From a phage, in the sequence record PZ452588.1: 64,000 nt of DNA, one strand, 5' to 3'. A program made the translations under genes and the position numbers. The notes under the pieces are model-generated. The model was given only the letters and a program-made list of their open reading frames with translations, made no database searches and had not been told where the DNA came from. This document shows positions 26,970-37,965 of this stretch, in pieces; position 1 is the stretch's first letter; the number at the start of each line of letters is the position of its first letter.

Positions 26970-28397
26970 CTAAAATTTTAATTCATTTGCCAAAGCATCT
27001 AACTGAGCTCGAGTGGATTCATTTCTTTGATAGCGATTCTGTTCAGCCTGAATCTGTTGTGAACCTGCTACTTCACTCACTTCAGTTGGAGTAGAATCTT
27101 GTTCAATTTCTACCCATTTTTGGTTTCCTTTTTGAACACCCATCAAAAACTTATTCCACTTATTCTTATCACCATATCGTGATTTGATTTGCTTAATGAG
27201 TTGTTGTTCAGCAGCTGCTAGCTCCTCGGTTTCAATGACCGCAAGCATAAAATCAGCTGTTGCTGGAAGACCGGCAGATTCTGCAATATCGCTCATGTTA
27301 ACATCAGAAGAGTCCCAAGCTTGTTTACCAACCTGTGCTGCAGTCCAAAGAACAGTTTCTGTTTCAACAGCCAGAGCACGTAATTCCTCTGCAATAGCTT
27401 TAACAGTTGTGTAACTATTTTCTGAATAAACTCTAATGCGGCAAGATTTACAAATACCTAGATAGTCGACAATAATGATTGTTGGAACAAAATTCTTCTT
27501 GAGCTTTAATTCATTTAAAAGTGATCGAAATGTATTAGCGTCTGCTCCACCAGTAGGATATTGCTTAACGATTAAACGACCAAGAGTAGATTTCTCACGC
27601 CATTTTTCCATTTTTCCTTTATACTCAGCGTAAGAAATATGTCCATCATCAATATCGTCAAGAGAAACATCGAGCATGTTAGCATCAATACGTTTAGCAC
27701 AGACTTCTTCTGCCATTTCCATGGAGATATAAAGAACGTTATGACCAAGCTGCAAATAATCTGCTGCTAATGAGCAAAGTCCTAATGATTTACCAACGTT
27801 AACGCCAGCCATTAAAACGTTCAGTGTTCCAGTTTCAGCTCCGCCTTTTGTAATTTTATTCAAAATACGAAGTTTAAATGGAACTTTACGAGCTTTATTC
27901 ATATAAGATAGCCAGCGTGCTTCATAATCATCCATCCAATCATGACCGACGTAGCTATCAAATGAAATTGATAATGCTTGGCGCATGATGTCAGGAATAG
28001 CACCAACATCCGGCATTTTCTTATTTCGTTTTTCCGGAGGAAGCTCAGCATTAGTTTGAATTTCGATTATTTTAGACGTAGCATTAAACATCGCCCTTTG
28101 CTGAACATATTTTTCTGTTTCTTTTATTAACCAGCTGTGGTCTTCCGGAGAATCAGCTAGTTTTGAAATAAGTGTTTTTACACCAGAATATTCTGTTTCA
28201 GTAAATGAACTATTTTCTAATGCAACATTTAACGCATTAATAGATGGAACGCTATGGTACTCATTAACATGAGATTTAATTAATTTGAATGTATTTTTAG
28301 CTGGACCACTTTCAAAATATTCTGAATCCATATATGGCCAAACTTTTGAAAAATAAGCTTGATCAAATATGAGATGAGAAAGAATAATTTCTACCAC
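26970..28397 (-). CDS. 41: Replicative DNA helicase gp41 (DnaB-like, 475 aa)
   Basis: 475-aa ORF with Walker A GVNVGKS and RecA-like core. Confidence 0.92.
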   Translation of the reverse strand: MVEIILSHLIFDQAYFSKVWPYMDSEYFESGPAKNTFKLIKSHVNEYHSVPSINALNVALENSSFTETEYSGVKTLISKLADSPEDHSWLIKETEKYVQQRAMFNATSKIIEIQTNAELPPEKRNKKMPDVGAIPDIMRQALSISFDSYVGHDWMDDYEARWLSYMNKARKVPFKLRILNKITKGGAETGTLNVLMAGVNVGKSLGLCSLAADYLQLGHNVLYISMEMAEEVCAKRIDANMLDVSLDDIDDGHISYAEYKGKMEKWREKSTLGRLIVKQYPTGGADANTFRSLLNELKLKKNFVPTIIIVDYLGICKSCRIRVYSENSYTTVKAIAEELRALAVETETVLWTAAQVGKQAWDSSDVNMSDIAESAGLPATADFMLAVIETEELAAAEQQLIKQIKSRYGDKNKWNKFLMGVQKGNQKWVEIEQDSTPTEVSEVAGSQQIQAEQNRYQRNESTRAQLDALANELKF

Positions 28398-28406
28398 ACT
28401 TACTCC

Positions 28407-28751
28407 TTAAAAGAATTTAAACTTTTTCTTTGACCTTTTATTAAATGCATCTTGTAGTTGCATTGTAATACATTTTTCTACATGAGGAGCTAACTCAGCT
28501 TTTCTTTCTTGGTCAAGAACAGCAAAGTCCATTACGACTTTTCCATCAACCCAATCTAATTTTGTCACATACACAATGTGTGTAGAACCATCTTCTAGTT
28601 TAATGATAATCTCCTGGATAACATTTTCCATGGCAGATTTAATTATCTTAAGAGATTCATTAAAAAGACGTTCTTTTCTTTCTTCTTCCCCCTCCGAAGA
28701 GGGGGATTCGTCGATAATTTCTAGATCTAAATCTAAATCATCTTTATTCAT
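28407..28751 (-). CDS. 40: gp40 head vertex assembly chaperone (about 114 aa)
   Basis: ORF between 41 and uvsX; start set at ATG overlapping uvsX stop (track ORF uses upstream GTG). Confidence 0.6.
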   Translation of the reverse strand: MNKDDLDLDLEIIDESPSSEGEEERKERLFNESLKIIKSAMENVIQEIIIKLEDGSTHIVYVTKLDWVDGKVVMDFAVLDQERKAELAPHVEKCITMQLQDAFNKRSKKKFKFF

Positions 28752-29925
28752 TAAATTCTTCCATATCACTTAACTGTTCTAGGTCAGTTTCTAAATCAGC
28801 AGCTGATTTACTTTTACTTTCTGGAGATTTAAATTTTTCAACCTTTGAGTTAATCAATTCATCAACTTCAGCTTCAACAATTTCATTACTATCAATAGCA
28901 CCTAACTGATAAGCACGTTTAATAGCATCTCGGAATGGTTGATGCTTAAATAAAGGACCCCAGAATGTAGTGCAGTTAGTATCTTTTGCACGCCAAGATT
29001 TTTCTTCGCGAATCATCTCGCCAGTTTCTTCGTCAAGAAATTCACGAGCATACCAGCCATTTTTAGGTTTTACAACAAATCCTAATTCTAGAGCCATATC
29101 TAACAATCCAGAATAAGGATCGATACCACCGTCAAATTTAACATCAATAAAGAATTTACTTTTTTCTTTAACGGTACGAGATTTTTCTACATTTAGAACA
29201 AATTGATACCCCTGAAGATCAGAACCATCTTTAATCTGGCGCTTACCGATAATGAATACAGTATCAGCCGAATACATTACGCCTGTACCACCTGTCATCA
29301 CGGTTTTACTAAACATTTCAATTGTTTCAATTGTATGGTTAACCGCAACACATGGAATGTTTTTAATACTAAAATAAGGAGTAACAATACGGAATAATGA
29401 CTTCAGTGATTTAGCACGAGTCATATCTGCCACAGATTTTTCATTCAAGGCATCTTCCGTTTCTTTCTTAGAAGCCATATTACCGATTGAGTCGATGAAT
29501 ACAATAACCTTTTCACCACGCTCAATAGCTTCAAGCTGATTCACCATATCAATTTTCAGCTGTTCAACTGACTGAATCGGCGTATGAATTACTCGTTCCG
29601 GGTCAACTCCCATGGATCGCAAATAAGCTGGAGTAATACCAAATTCACTATCATAGAATAGACAAACCGCGTCAGGATATTTGTTCAAATACGCCGCAAC
29701 CATAGTCAAAGACATATTTGATTTAAAGTGTTTAGAAGGACCTGCAAAAATGGTTAAACCAGACTGCATACCGCCATCAATCGCACCGGAAATAGCGATA
29801 TTAAGCATTGGGATTTTTGTACGGATTACATCCTTTTCATTAAAGAATTTAGATGTAGTCAGTTCAGCAGTCATTTTAGAAGTGGAAGCTTTAATCAAAC
29901 GGGATTTTAAATCTGCAATAGACAT
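28744..29925 (-). CDS. uvsX: UvsX RecA-like recombinase (393 aa)
   Basis: RecA fold with Walker A GPSKHFKS; matches recalled T4 UvsX. Confidence 0.92.
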   Translation of the reverse strand: MSIADLKSRLIKASTSKMTAELTTSKFFNEKDVIRTKIPMLNIAISGAIDGGMQSGLTIFAGPSKHFKSNMSLTMVAAYLNKYPDAVCLFYDSEFGITPAYLRSMGVDPERVIHTPIQSVEQLKIDMVNQLEAIERGEKVIVFIDSIGNMASKKETEDALNEKSVADMTRAKSLKSLFRIVTPYFSIKNIPCVAVNHTIETIEMFSKTVMTGGTGVMYSADTVFIIGKRQIKDGSDLQGYQFVLNVEKSRTVKEKSKFFIDVKFDGGIDPYSGLLDMALELGFVVKPKNGWYAREFLDEETGEMIREEKSWRAKDTNCTTFWGPLFKHQPFRDAIKRAYQLGAIDSNEIVEAEVDELINSKVEKFKSPESKSKSAADLETDLEQLSDMEEFNE

Positions 29926-30002
29926 TCATTTTTTCCATAGGCATCATTATATTTTCCTCACTGGTTAAAGATAGAGTAATTATAACACAATAAATTTAGG
30001 CA

Positions 30003-30851
30003 TTAATCAACTGCTATTGGATGAATAGCATTAAACTTATGAAATGCTTCTGATTTTTCTTTACGCGAAACGCACATGCGAAGAACCTTTAATGGCTCAT
30101 CTTCTTCACCCAACGATTTTCGTTTTTCAATATTCGATGTTTTCCAACGAGCTTGCTCTGGAAACTCTCTATTGATTTGCTCAAGCGCTCTATTATGTTT
30201 AGAATTACTACGAATTGAACTGCACCCGCCAGGAGCTTGTGCTTTTCCAGATACAACCAGATATTTGAACAAGGCCAAATGCGGATAACCTTGATTAATT
30301 AAATTGAGAAATGCATACATATCTTCGCACAAATCAATTTTTCCATACCCAATTTGTTCTGTCGTAAGTTTTCCAAGGTCATACCATGTATTCGTGAATC
30401 CATATGAATTTTCACGATAATTACCCCAAGATGAAGTAATTTTAAAAATAGGTAGACGAGCATGGCCATGATAATACCCACAATCCATGGCATCCTCAAC
30501 ATATTGAATCAATTCATAGAACTGTTCATGGGTCAATTGATTGACTTTATCCACACAACGACGGTCATCTCTTTTTCGCATTGAACTCATACGAATAGTA
30601 GTATCATCGTCAATCATCCAGATTCGTTGACCTGCATACATATCAGTAATTGCTTTACGAGTACCGGCAATTCCGTTTACATCATCAGGAATAGTTATAA
30701 TTTTAGCTCTAGACCCATAAGCGTCATGATAAGCTTTTTCTTCATGTTCACGCACTACAATATGGGGTTCATAATCAGTCGGAAACATATCAAGGGCAGA
30801 AACTGCCCCGACACGCTGATAACTTGGAATTACGAATTGAATCATTTCCAC
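30003..30851 (-). CDS. Glycosyltransferase (GT-A-like, 282 aa); candidate beta-glucosyl-HMC-alpha-glucosyltransferase
   Basis: In the slot between uvsX and 42 where T4 has beta-gt, but sequence and size differ from T4 beta-gt as I recall it; DxD-like WMIDDDTT motif. Confidence 0.55.
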   Translation of the reverse strand: MEMIQFVIPSYQRVGAVSALDMFPTDYEPHIVVREHEEKAYHDAYGSRAKIITIPDDVNGIAGTRKAITDMYAGQRIWMIDDDTTIRMSSMRKRDDRRCVDKVNQLTHEQFYELIQYVEDAMDCGYYHGHARLPIFKITSSWGNYRENSYGFTNTWYDLGKLTTEQIGYGKIDLCEDMYAFLNLINQGYPHLALFKYLVVSGKAQAPGGCSSIRSNSKHNRALEQINREFPEQARWKTSNIEKRKSLGEEDEPLKVLRMCVSRKEKSEAFHKFNAIHPIAVD

Positions 30852-31582
30852 TCACCTTTATAGTCTTTTTTCACAATATGAGTTTCGCCAGTATTCCACC
30901 AATGATCAACCAAGTAAAAATGACGAGAATATACATGAAGACTTCCGACATTCCATATAATAGAACCTGCTTTATACTGACGAGTTGAATCGCCTGCATT
31001 CAAATCAAATACTAATTTATCTAATACGTATTTTTGCCATGCATAATCATTACGGAATCCGAAGACCACGTCATTTGAGCGCATGCTTACTACTGCATTG
31101 ACTTTCTTATCACGAATCAGGTACTGTACTGTATTAGTACACATGAAATCTGACATACCATCTTTATTGTAGTCAAATTGCATGGATGGACGAGTATAAA
31201 TCATGATACCACGTCGAGAATCAGGATTTTGACCAAGTTCAGCTAAACACATATCATACTGGGCATAGTTATCTTCTGACCAGATAGCCCAACCATAATT
31301 CGAGTTAATTTCGCCTTTAGAAGATGCTACTTGTTGCCAAATCTTCGGTGTTTCACCCGGAATATCTTTAACGAACAAGCTTTTAGATTTATACCATTCA
31401 AGTTCACGCTGAATGTATTCATCATTAAGAGCGCCAAAAATAAACGGTTCATCTGCTACAAATGATGCGCCAATAATTTCAATAGTTTTAACGCCAGTTT
31501 TATCAACTACGAAATCTTTTTCCTTTAATGCAAGCCCCAAATGAAGACGGATTTCTTCAACTGTCATAGAGTCACTAATCAT
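30842..31582 (-). CDS. 42: dCMP hydroxymethylase gp42 (246 aa)
   Basis: 246-aa thymidylate-synthase-like ORF; T4 gp42 size and position. Confidence 0.9.
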   Translation of the reverse strand: MISDSMTVEEIRLHLGLALKEKDFVVDKTGVKTIEIIGASFVADEPFIFGALNDEYIQRELEWYKSKSLFVKDIPGETPKIWQQVASSKGEINSNYGWAIWSEDNYAQYDMCLAELGQNPDSRRGIMIYTRPSMQFDYNKDGMSDFMCTNTVQYLIRDKKVNAVVSMRSNDVVFGFRNDYAWQKYVLDKLVFDLNAGDSTRQYKAGSIIWNVGSLHVYSRHFYLVDHWWNTGETHIVKKDYKGEWK

Positions 31583-31735
31583 TTAAACCTCAATTGATAC
31601 ATTCATATTTAACTTGTAACAGTAATAAGCTCCAACCTAAAATAATAGTTGGAATCATAAGAGGAACCGTTACACTATAGTATATACTTATTATAATCAT
31701 CAAGATTAAAAGCAACACTGTTATAATTTTGCTTT

Positions 31736-31987
31736 TCATTCCTTCTCTCTGATGATAATTACCTGATTTGGCTGCGCAGACTTTTTAGTTTCACCTGCAA
31801 TTGACCAAATAAATGTAATAAACCAACCAATAATTGACCAGTTAAACAGTAAAGACGTGAAAAAGATTCCTACTGTCGATTTTGACCCACGCATCAAGGC
31901 GATAAACCATGGAAGCATGTATATAATAATAGCCAACACACCTGAAACTAAAACCATAAAAATTGAACCTGCTACTAAAGTTTCCAT
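31736..31987 (-). CDS. imm: Immunity protein Imm (83 aa, membrane)
   Basis: 83-aa ORF with two hydrophobic segments at T4 imm position. Confidence 0.75.
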   Translation of the reverse strand: METLVAGSIFMVLVSGVLAIIIYMLPWFIALMRGSKSTVGIFFTSLLFNWSIIGWFITFIWSIAGETKKSAQPNQVIIIREKE

Positions 31988-31994
31988 GTTTTCC

Positions 31995-32375
31995 TCACTT
32001 AGTCAAATTTTTTACACATGAATTATAAGAATTCACTACATACTCCATCGGAGCATTTTTACCGGTACGCCATTGGTAATTATTAGCCCAATTTGCCCAA
32101 AGCATGGCGCAGTAGTTTTCAATTTTTTCTTCGCGTGTAATTACATCTGAATTACGATATGCTTGAGCAGATTCATCTGGACGAATAGCCTCGTCAAAAT
32201 TCGCCTGCATTTGTTCTACTGTTTGTTTTGGAGCTTCTTTATAACACTTGACATTAGGATTATAAAATTTGCTTGAACAGTTTACAATTTTTCCTACATC
32301 AGACTGATTTACTACCGGTCCTTGAGCTACACAACCAGTAAGACCTAATGCAATAACCAAAATAGCGATTTTCAT
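31995..32375 (-). CDS. Putative lipoprotein (about 126 aa), imm.1 position
   Basis: Signal peptide with lipobox LTGC; start set at second ATG after GGAG SD. Confidence 0.5.
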   Translation of the reverse strand: MKIAILVIALGLTGCVAQGPVVNQSDVGKIVNCSSKFYNPNVKCYKEAPKQTVEQMQANFDEAIRPDESAQAYRNSDVITREEKIENYCAMLWANWANNYQWRTGKNAPMEYVVNSYNSCVKNLTK

Positions 32376-32404
32376 TTCATTCTCCAAATCCGTATCAGTT
32401 GATA

Positions 32405-32442
32405 GTTGTATAGTACCACAGAGGAACGGTCTTGTAAACAGT
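32405..32442 (-). promoter_or_regulatory. Early sigma70-type promoter
   Basis: Minus strand GTTTAC (fwd 32434-32439) and TACTAT (fwd 32410-32415); leader near-identical to modules at 6606 and 58960. Confidence 0.6.
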
Positions 32443-32526
32443 TTTGTGAAAAAATTTTTAATGAATCCAAAAGGTCCAGAATCATCTGTTTTTCATAAGT
32501 ATAGATTTATATTACTTGTATGAAAA

Positions 32527-32544
32527 AGGGACCCGGAGGTCCCC
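32527..32544 (-). terminator. Hairpin + U-run downstream of gene 43
   Basis: GGGACC-CGGA-GGTCCC stem-loop followed on minus strand by TTTTTCAT. Confidence 0.6.
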
Positions 32545-32556
32545 AGATTTATTCTA

Positions 32557-35253
32557 TCAGCCAAACAGGAAGTCTAACGAAGCTTTTTCTTCATAGTCCA
32601 TACCAGCCGATTCACACATACCCGCAAGCGGTTTAACAAACGATTTTTGGAACAAAGTTGAGTAGTCAATCCAAGACAGTACGTCAGAACGAATTTCTTT
32701 TGGAAGTTCTGTGCCCGACGGCCAAGCAATACACTTGTCACCAAATGGATTTCCTTCACGTAATGGAAGAACCATTACCTTATTTCCATCCAAAATTGGA
32801 GCTACACCTAAACCGCTAACAGCTCGACGATAAGTTAGCACACCACGAATATGGAACGGACATTTAAATCCCGGCCAACCTTTATCATCATATTTCGCTA
32901 TATCGTTCGCAGTTTTTACTTCAGCAATAACTTTATAGTCAAGTTGACGATATTCTTTCTCAAAGTTCTTATAATATTCTTGAACAGACTCTTCGCCTTC
33001 TTGAAGAATACGACGGATACTTTCTTCAAGAGCTTCTTGGACCGCTTTAGGCGTCGAACTTTGCTGAGTTTCCATACCCATGATTTTTAGATGCGGTTCA
33101 GCAAATCGCTTATCTTCCATATCATAAACGTTCAGAGCATAACGCTTTTTCGCTTTCCAAAATCCACCAACGCCCTTTGAACCAAGTGGAGGGCAAGAAA
33201 TAGCTTCACGGTCCATATGCATCAGATGCTCGCGGTTATTCATATAATCACATAACTCACGATATGCAACATCAATCATAGGTTCCATCTTTTTCTTACC
33301 GAACTGATTCATGAATTCAACTAAATCGTTCTGCTCTTTGAATCGGTCAAGACCTACTTTTTCAATAACTTTATCTACACAAACATATACTGAATCAGTA
33401 TCACCTGCTGCGATGAAATCTTCACCATTAGTTCCGCATACTTTATTCAGATATTCATTAATTTTACGAGCAATCCACTGAATACCGACTTGACCAAAAA
33501 TTGTGATAGCAGTAGCATTTCGCAAATCATAGTAACGGAAATGAATATTACCAAGAGCACCGTAAAGGCTGTTAATAAGAATTTTACGGTTCAGCTGATT
33601 TGTATTAGCAAGTGTAGCTGCTTTTTCACATTCCTCAATCAAACTATTGAGAACAGATTCAGTATAATTCGATAGTTCATTTAAGAAATCATCACTGAAC
33701 TTAACATATCGTTCAACTTCCGGTTTAGTTGAACAAGACCCTGCGCCTTTCATAATAATCTTTTTAATAGCTTCGGCATTCATTTCTTCAGCGAACATTT
33801 TCTTTTTCCAATCTTTACGCTGGAAAAATACTTTAGCGATTTCCTTTGGAATGATACCTTCTTGATGCTTATCGTACATCCATCCATTCGGAGAACAAGA
33901 ATATTCATCACTCGGTTTAGGAGCTGTTCCTGCGATATATTCATGAATTGGATGAACTTTAAACTGACCACGAATAGTCTCAGGACTAATGTTAACCTGA
34001 CGAATAATGCTAGGATACAGAGACGTCAAGTCAAAACTCATAATGTATCGACGAGCAATCGGTTTAGGTTCAAACACAAATGCACCTGGAAAACTTTGTT
34101 TAACGTGCGAACCTTGTTGAGGAATAACCTTATGTTCACCTTTCAATGAGTTAAAAATAATAGCATCCCAAGTTTTAATAGGACTCATTACACCAGAAAA
34201 AGGCATTTTAGCATAATAAGACATACTTAAAACTAGATCGATAAACCCACGAATTTTATCAATTGCTTGAACTGATTCTACGTCAATGATGTTATAACTA
34301 ATGTATCGTTGATGATTAGTCTCACGAAGTTTATTAATAGGACCATCATATGGCAATTTACCTTTTTTGGTTTCATGTTGAGCAACTGATTCCAAAGAGA
34401 ATGATGGCAAATTAGTAAATGCGAATTTCTTATACAAATCTAAATAATCAAGAATAGATACGCCATCAATAGAATAAATTTCTTTGCTGCCGTACATATT
34501 TTGAATTAGTTTAGATTTTACTCGACCGATTGGAGAGAAGCGTTTCATACTGCGTTCACCGAGAACCATTTTAACACGATTCATGATATATGGAACGTCA
34601 AATCCCTCAATATTCCAACCGGTAAAAATAGCAGGTCGTTTCTGTTCCCAGAGATTAATATATTCCATGAGCATATCACGCTCATTATCAAATGGCATAT
34701 AAATTACTCGGTCAAGAATTTCTTGAGGAACTTCATCACCACCTTCACAGTCAAGTTTAGCAGCTAACTTTGCATCCCATTTTGATACTGAACCGTACAT
34801 TGAATTCAACAAATCAAAGACGTAAAAACGGTCGTCAATTGAATCATAATGAGTAATAGCATCAATTTCATATTCTGCTTTCATTGGGTCAGGAAATTTA
34901 TCGCTAGTAACCTCAATGTCACAGTTAGCTACACGAACAAATTTTCGGTCATAAACAATTTCTGAACCATATGTATCACTGATATAAGCGAGTTTAAAAT
35001 CGTTCATACCGAGAGCTTCGAGACCGATGTCTTCCATTCGCTTCATCCAATCTCGTGCATCTTTCATTGATGGAAATTTTTGAGGAGCGCAGTTTTTACC
35101 GTAAATGTCTTTGTATTTTGATTCTTCCTTACAATGTCTAAACATAGTCGGAAGATATTCTACTTCGCGAGTACGTTCCTTTCCATTTTCGTCAATATAA
35201 CGTTCAACAATATTATTTCCGACTGTTTCGATAGAGATATAAAATTCTTTCAT
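32557..35253 (-). CDS. 43: DNA polymerase gp43 (family B, 898 aa)
   Basis: 898-aa ORF with exonuclease and polymerase motifs (DTDS); matches recalled T4 gp43. Confidence 0.95.
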   Translation of the reverse strand: MKEFYISIETVGNNIVERYIDENGKERTREVEYLPTMFRHCKEESKYKDIYGKNCAPQKFPSMKDARDWMKRMEDIGLEALGMNDFKLAYISDTYGSEIVYDRKFVRVANCDIEVTSDKFPDPMKAEYEIDAITHYDSIDDRFYVFDLLNSMYGSVSKWDAKLAAKLDCEGGDEVPQEILDRVIYMPFDNERDMLMEYINLWEQKRPAIFTGWNIEGFDVPYIMNRVKMVLGERSMKRFSPIGRVKSKLIQNMYGSKEIYSIDGVSILDYLDLYKKFAFTNLPSFSLESVAQHETKKGKLPYDGPINKLRETNHQRYISYNIIDVESVQAIDKIRGFIDLVLSMSYYAKMPFSGVMSPIKTWDAIIFNSLKGEHKVIPQQGSHVKQSFPGAFVFEPKPIARRYIMSFDLTSLYPSIIRQVNISPETIRGQFKVHPIHEYIAGTAPKPSDEYSCSPNGWMYDKHQEGIIPKEIAKVFFQRKDWKKKMFAEEMNAEAIKKIIMKGAGSCSTKPEVERYVKFSDDFLNELSNYTESVLNSLIEECEKAATLANTNQLNRKILINSLYGALGNIHFRYYDLRNATAITIFGQVGIQWIARKINEYLNKVCGTNGEDFIAAGDTDSVYVCVDKVIEKVGLDRFKEQNDLVEFMNQFGKKKMEPMIDVAYRELCDYMNNREHLMHMDREAISCPPLGSKGVGGFWKAKKRYALNVYDMEDKRFAEPHLKIMGMETQQSSTPKAVQEALEESIRRILQEGEESVQEYYKNFEKEYRQLDYKVIAEVKTANDIAKYDDKGWPGFKCPFHIRGVLTYRRAVSGLGVAPILDGNKVMVLPLREGNPFGDKCIAWPSGTELPKEIRSDVLSWIDYSTLFQKSFVKPLAGMCESAGMDYEEKASLDFLFG

Positions 35254-35314
35254 AGATATTCCTTAGTTTATAGCCCGAGTTATTAGGCTCTTGATATATT
35301 ATACTCCAAATAAG

Positions 35315-35331
35315 GGGCCGAAGCCCCCTTG
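35315..35331 (-). terminator. C(UUCG)G tetraloop hairpin downstream of regA
   Basis: GGGGC-CGAA-GCCCC stem-loop overlapping regA stop region. Confidence 0.45.
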
Positions 35332-35332
35332 C

Positions 35333-35701
35333 TTAATTACCAATCGTATATTTAGGAACGAGTTTCCATTCATGTTTTTGCTTAAAAGAAATAACTCGGA
35401 AGTTATTAGTTAAGTCTTTCATAAAAGTTCTTTGACCGGGAGCGATTTCAATCAGTCCCCAATCTTCTAATAGCCATGCGATTGAATCACGACGAACTTC
35501 ATCTTCTTCTGTCATTTCAACTTGACGACCATCCATACGAAGCATTTCTTTAAAATGGACGATATAGTATAGTCCTTTTTTCTGAAGAATGTGGCAGGAC
35601 TGATACAGAACTTTATCTTTATTATTAGCAATTCCCATACGAGTCAAGGTTTCTTTTACTTTCAGAAAATCTTCAGGCTTTTTAAGAGTAATTTCAATCA
35701 T
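35333..35701 (-). CDS. regA: Translational repressor RegA (122 aa)
   Basis: MIEITLKKPEDFLKVKETLTRMGIANNKDKVLYQSCHIL... matches recalled T4 RegA. Confidence 0.9.
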   Translation of the reverse strand: MIEITLKKPEDFLKVKETLTRMGIANNKDKVLYQSCHILQKKGLYYIVHFKEMLRMDGRQVEMTEEDEVRRDSIAWLLEDWGLIEIAPGQRTFMKDLTNNFRVISFKQKHEWKLVPKYTIGN

Positions 35702-35702
35702 T

Positions 35703-36266
35703 TTACCATTCCAATGCTAGTTTTTTGAGTTGTTTCTGTTCTTTTACGTTCTTAGTCACTTCTTTCAAAAAATCATCCGTGACTAATCCTTTAAGTTCTT
35801 TTAATACTAAAGGAAGTTTTCCATTTTTAGTAAGAATTGATTTATAGTTAATTGCATCATTTGTGTTAACTTGATACCGCTTAGCAAGTAACTTAATAAT
35901 CAATACTTCGGTAGAATCTTCAACAAGTTTTGCCCATTTACCATATCTTTTACCACGAGGAACAGCAGCCATTAGATAATTAAAATGGGCTTCATCGCTT
36001 AAACCTGATCCAATTAAATTCATAGCATACACTGTCGGCATGCACTCAGGAAATTGTGATAATGCATTCTCAACCATGTATTTTGAATAATCTTTTTGAG
36101 CAATAGAGCATTTAGTTTTATTATTGATCGCTCCAATTATTTCAAAAAATTCATTTTCAGCTTTTTCCTTAAAAGAATCAGCAGCAGATTGGACAGCTGT
36201 CCAATCTTTTGAATACCAAGCAACTTGATGCTCGTTTAATTGAATATCATCTTCAAATAAGCTCAT
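35703..36266 (-). CDS. 62: Clamp-loader subunit gp62 (187 aa)
   Basis: Start set at MSLFEDDIQ... per recalled T4 gp62 (track ORF extended 7 codons). Confidence 0.88.
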   Translation of the reverse strand: MSLFEDDIQLNEHQVAWYSKDWTAVQSAADSFKEKAENEFFEIIGAINNKTKCSIAQKDYSKYMVENALSQFPECMPTVYAMNLIGSGLSDEAHFNYLMAAVPRGKRYGKWAKLVEDSTEVLIIKLLAKRYQVNTNDAINYKSILTKNGKLPLVLKELKGLVTDDFLKEVTKNVKEQKQLKKLALEW

Positions 36267-36267
36267 A

Positions 36268-37227
36268 TCACTTCCACTGCATTTCACATGCTAACTGAAT
36301 GAAAAGATAAGCTAGATGCAATTCAGTATTAGCTGCAATACCATGATACTGATTATTTTCACCGACAATTTCGTACATACGAATAATACTTTGTGGAGTT
36401 ACACGTGAATAGATTTCTTCGGCAAGTTTACCCACGAACCACGAATAATCAGCTGCATATTTTGGTGCTAAAGCTCTGAGTTGTTTAACATCTTTATTTT
36501 TGAGAGACTCAAGAACATCATCAATAGCACCACGATCGTTAGTAACCAGTGATAAAATACCAGCATCCAAAACACCTTTAGATGAATAACTATCGAGCTC
36601 GCCAATAGTTTTACGAAAATCAGGAAAATTCTTTTTAACCAAAGCTGCTACAACTTTCATATCAGCTATAGCAATTCCTTCATGCTTGCAGATTTCAGTC
36701 AATCGACGAATCATCTGCTTCATCATTTCAATTTTATCTTCATCGGTCGGTTGACCGAATGTAATAACTCGGCAGCGTGACTGAAGTGGTTTAATAATAC
36801 CATCAATATTGTTAGCAGTAATAATAATACTACAGTTTGAACTATAAGCTTCCATAAAGGAACGAAGATGTCGCTGAGACTCTGCTAACCCTGAGCGGTC
36901 AAATTCATCAATAACGATTACTTTTTGACGACCATCAAACGAAGCGGCGCTGGCAAAATTAGTCAAAGGACCACGAACGAAATCAATTTTACAATCTGAA
37001 CCATTCACAAACATCATATCAGCATTTACATCATGACACAATGCTTTTGCTACAGTTGTTTTACCTGTTCCTGGAGAAGGAGAATGAAGAATAATATGTG
37101 GAATCTTACCTTTACTTGTAATAGATTTAAAGGTTTCTTTATCAAAGGCGGGAAGAATACATTCATCGATAGTAGATGGACGATATTTCTGTTCAAGAAT
37201 GTGTTCTTTTTCATTTACGGTAATCAT
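36268..37227 (-). CDS. 44: Clamp-loader ATPase gp44 (AAA+, 319 aa)
   Basis: Walker [11 protein letters not shown]; start set at MITVNEKEH... per recalled T4 gp44. Confidence 0.9.
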
Positions 37228-37261
37228 AATTTCCTCATTCAAGTTTTAGTGTAAATTATAA

Positions 37262-37276
37262 AGGGCCGAAGCCCTC
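37262..37276 (-). other. Intercistronic C(UUCG)G tetraloop hairpin between genes 45 and 44
   Basis: AGGGC-CGAA-GCCCT stem-loop, no U-run; probably an mRNA stability or processing element. Confidence 0.45.
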
Positions 37277-37278
37277 TA

Positions 37279-37965
37279 TTAAAAATCGTGGGTAGAATCA
37301 GCTTCAAGAGCTACTACATAATTCGCATGTTCACCTTCAAATTTAGCAGCACCTTGTTTACCTTTTGCCCAGAGCAGAAGTTTATAATTTCCTGGTTGCA
37401 TTTTCATATTTGCCATATTGATAATGAAATTAAATGTATTTTCACCATCATAATCACCAAGAGTCAAAGAATATTTAACACGGGTCAGAGCAGAATCTTC
37501 TACTTTATTAAAACCGTTAATTACGATTTTACCTTCTTTTACCGTGATAGCAATTGTATCAATTTGCAGACCACGAGATACACGCAACAGTTGTTGAAGG
37601 TCTTCAGCTTTAATTTCAGTAACAACAGATGCTACCGGGAATGGAATTGGTTTATTAGGAGCAACTACTGTACTCGGATCGGCTGCTGGCCAAAAAATTG
37701 TTGAACGGGCATCAGCAATTTTAATATTTCCATCTTCTGACTGGGAAATTTCTGCATCATCATTAACTAGAGACAGAATACCAAGAAAACCGTTTAAATC
37801 GTAAATTGCTACATCAAAATCAATAACGTCAGAAATATTTGCTTCCGCATAAGTTGTACCATTAACTGCGCGAGTCATAATAAATTGACCGGATTTAAGC
37901 ATAATACCGGAGTTAATAGTAGCGAAATTTTTAAGCAGAGCAGTAGTATCTTTAGACAGTTTCAT
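37279..37965 (-). CDS. 45: Sliding clamp gp45 (228 aa)
   Basis: MKLSKDTTALLKNFATINSGIMLKSGQFIMTRAVNGTTYAEANISDVIDFD... matches recalled T4 gp45. Confidence 0.93.
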   Translation of the reverse strand: MKLSKDTTALLKNFATINSGIMLKSGQFIMTRAVNGTTYAEANISDVIDFDVAIYDLNGFLGILSLVNDDAEISQSEDGNIKIADARSTIFWPAADPSTVVAPNKPIPFPVASVVTEIKAEDLQQLLRVSRGLQIDTIAITVKEGKIVINGFNKVEDSALTRVKYSLTLGDYDGENTFNFIINMANMKMQPGNYKLLLWAKGKQGAAKFEGEHANYVVALEADSTHDF

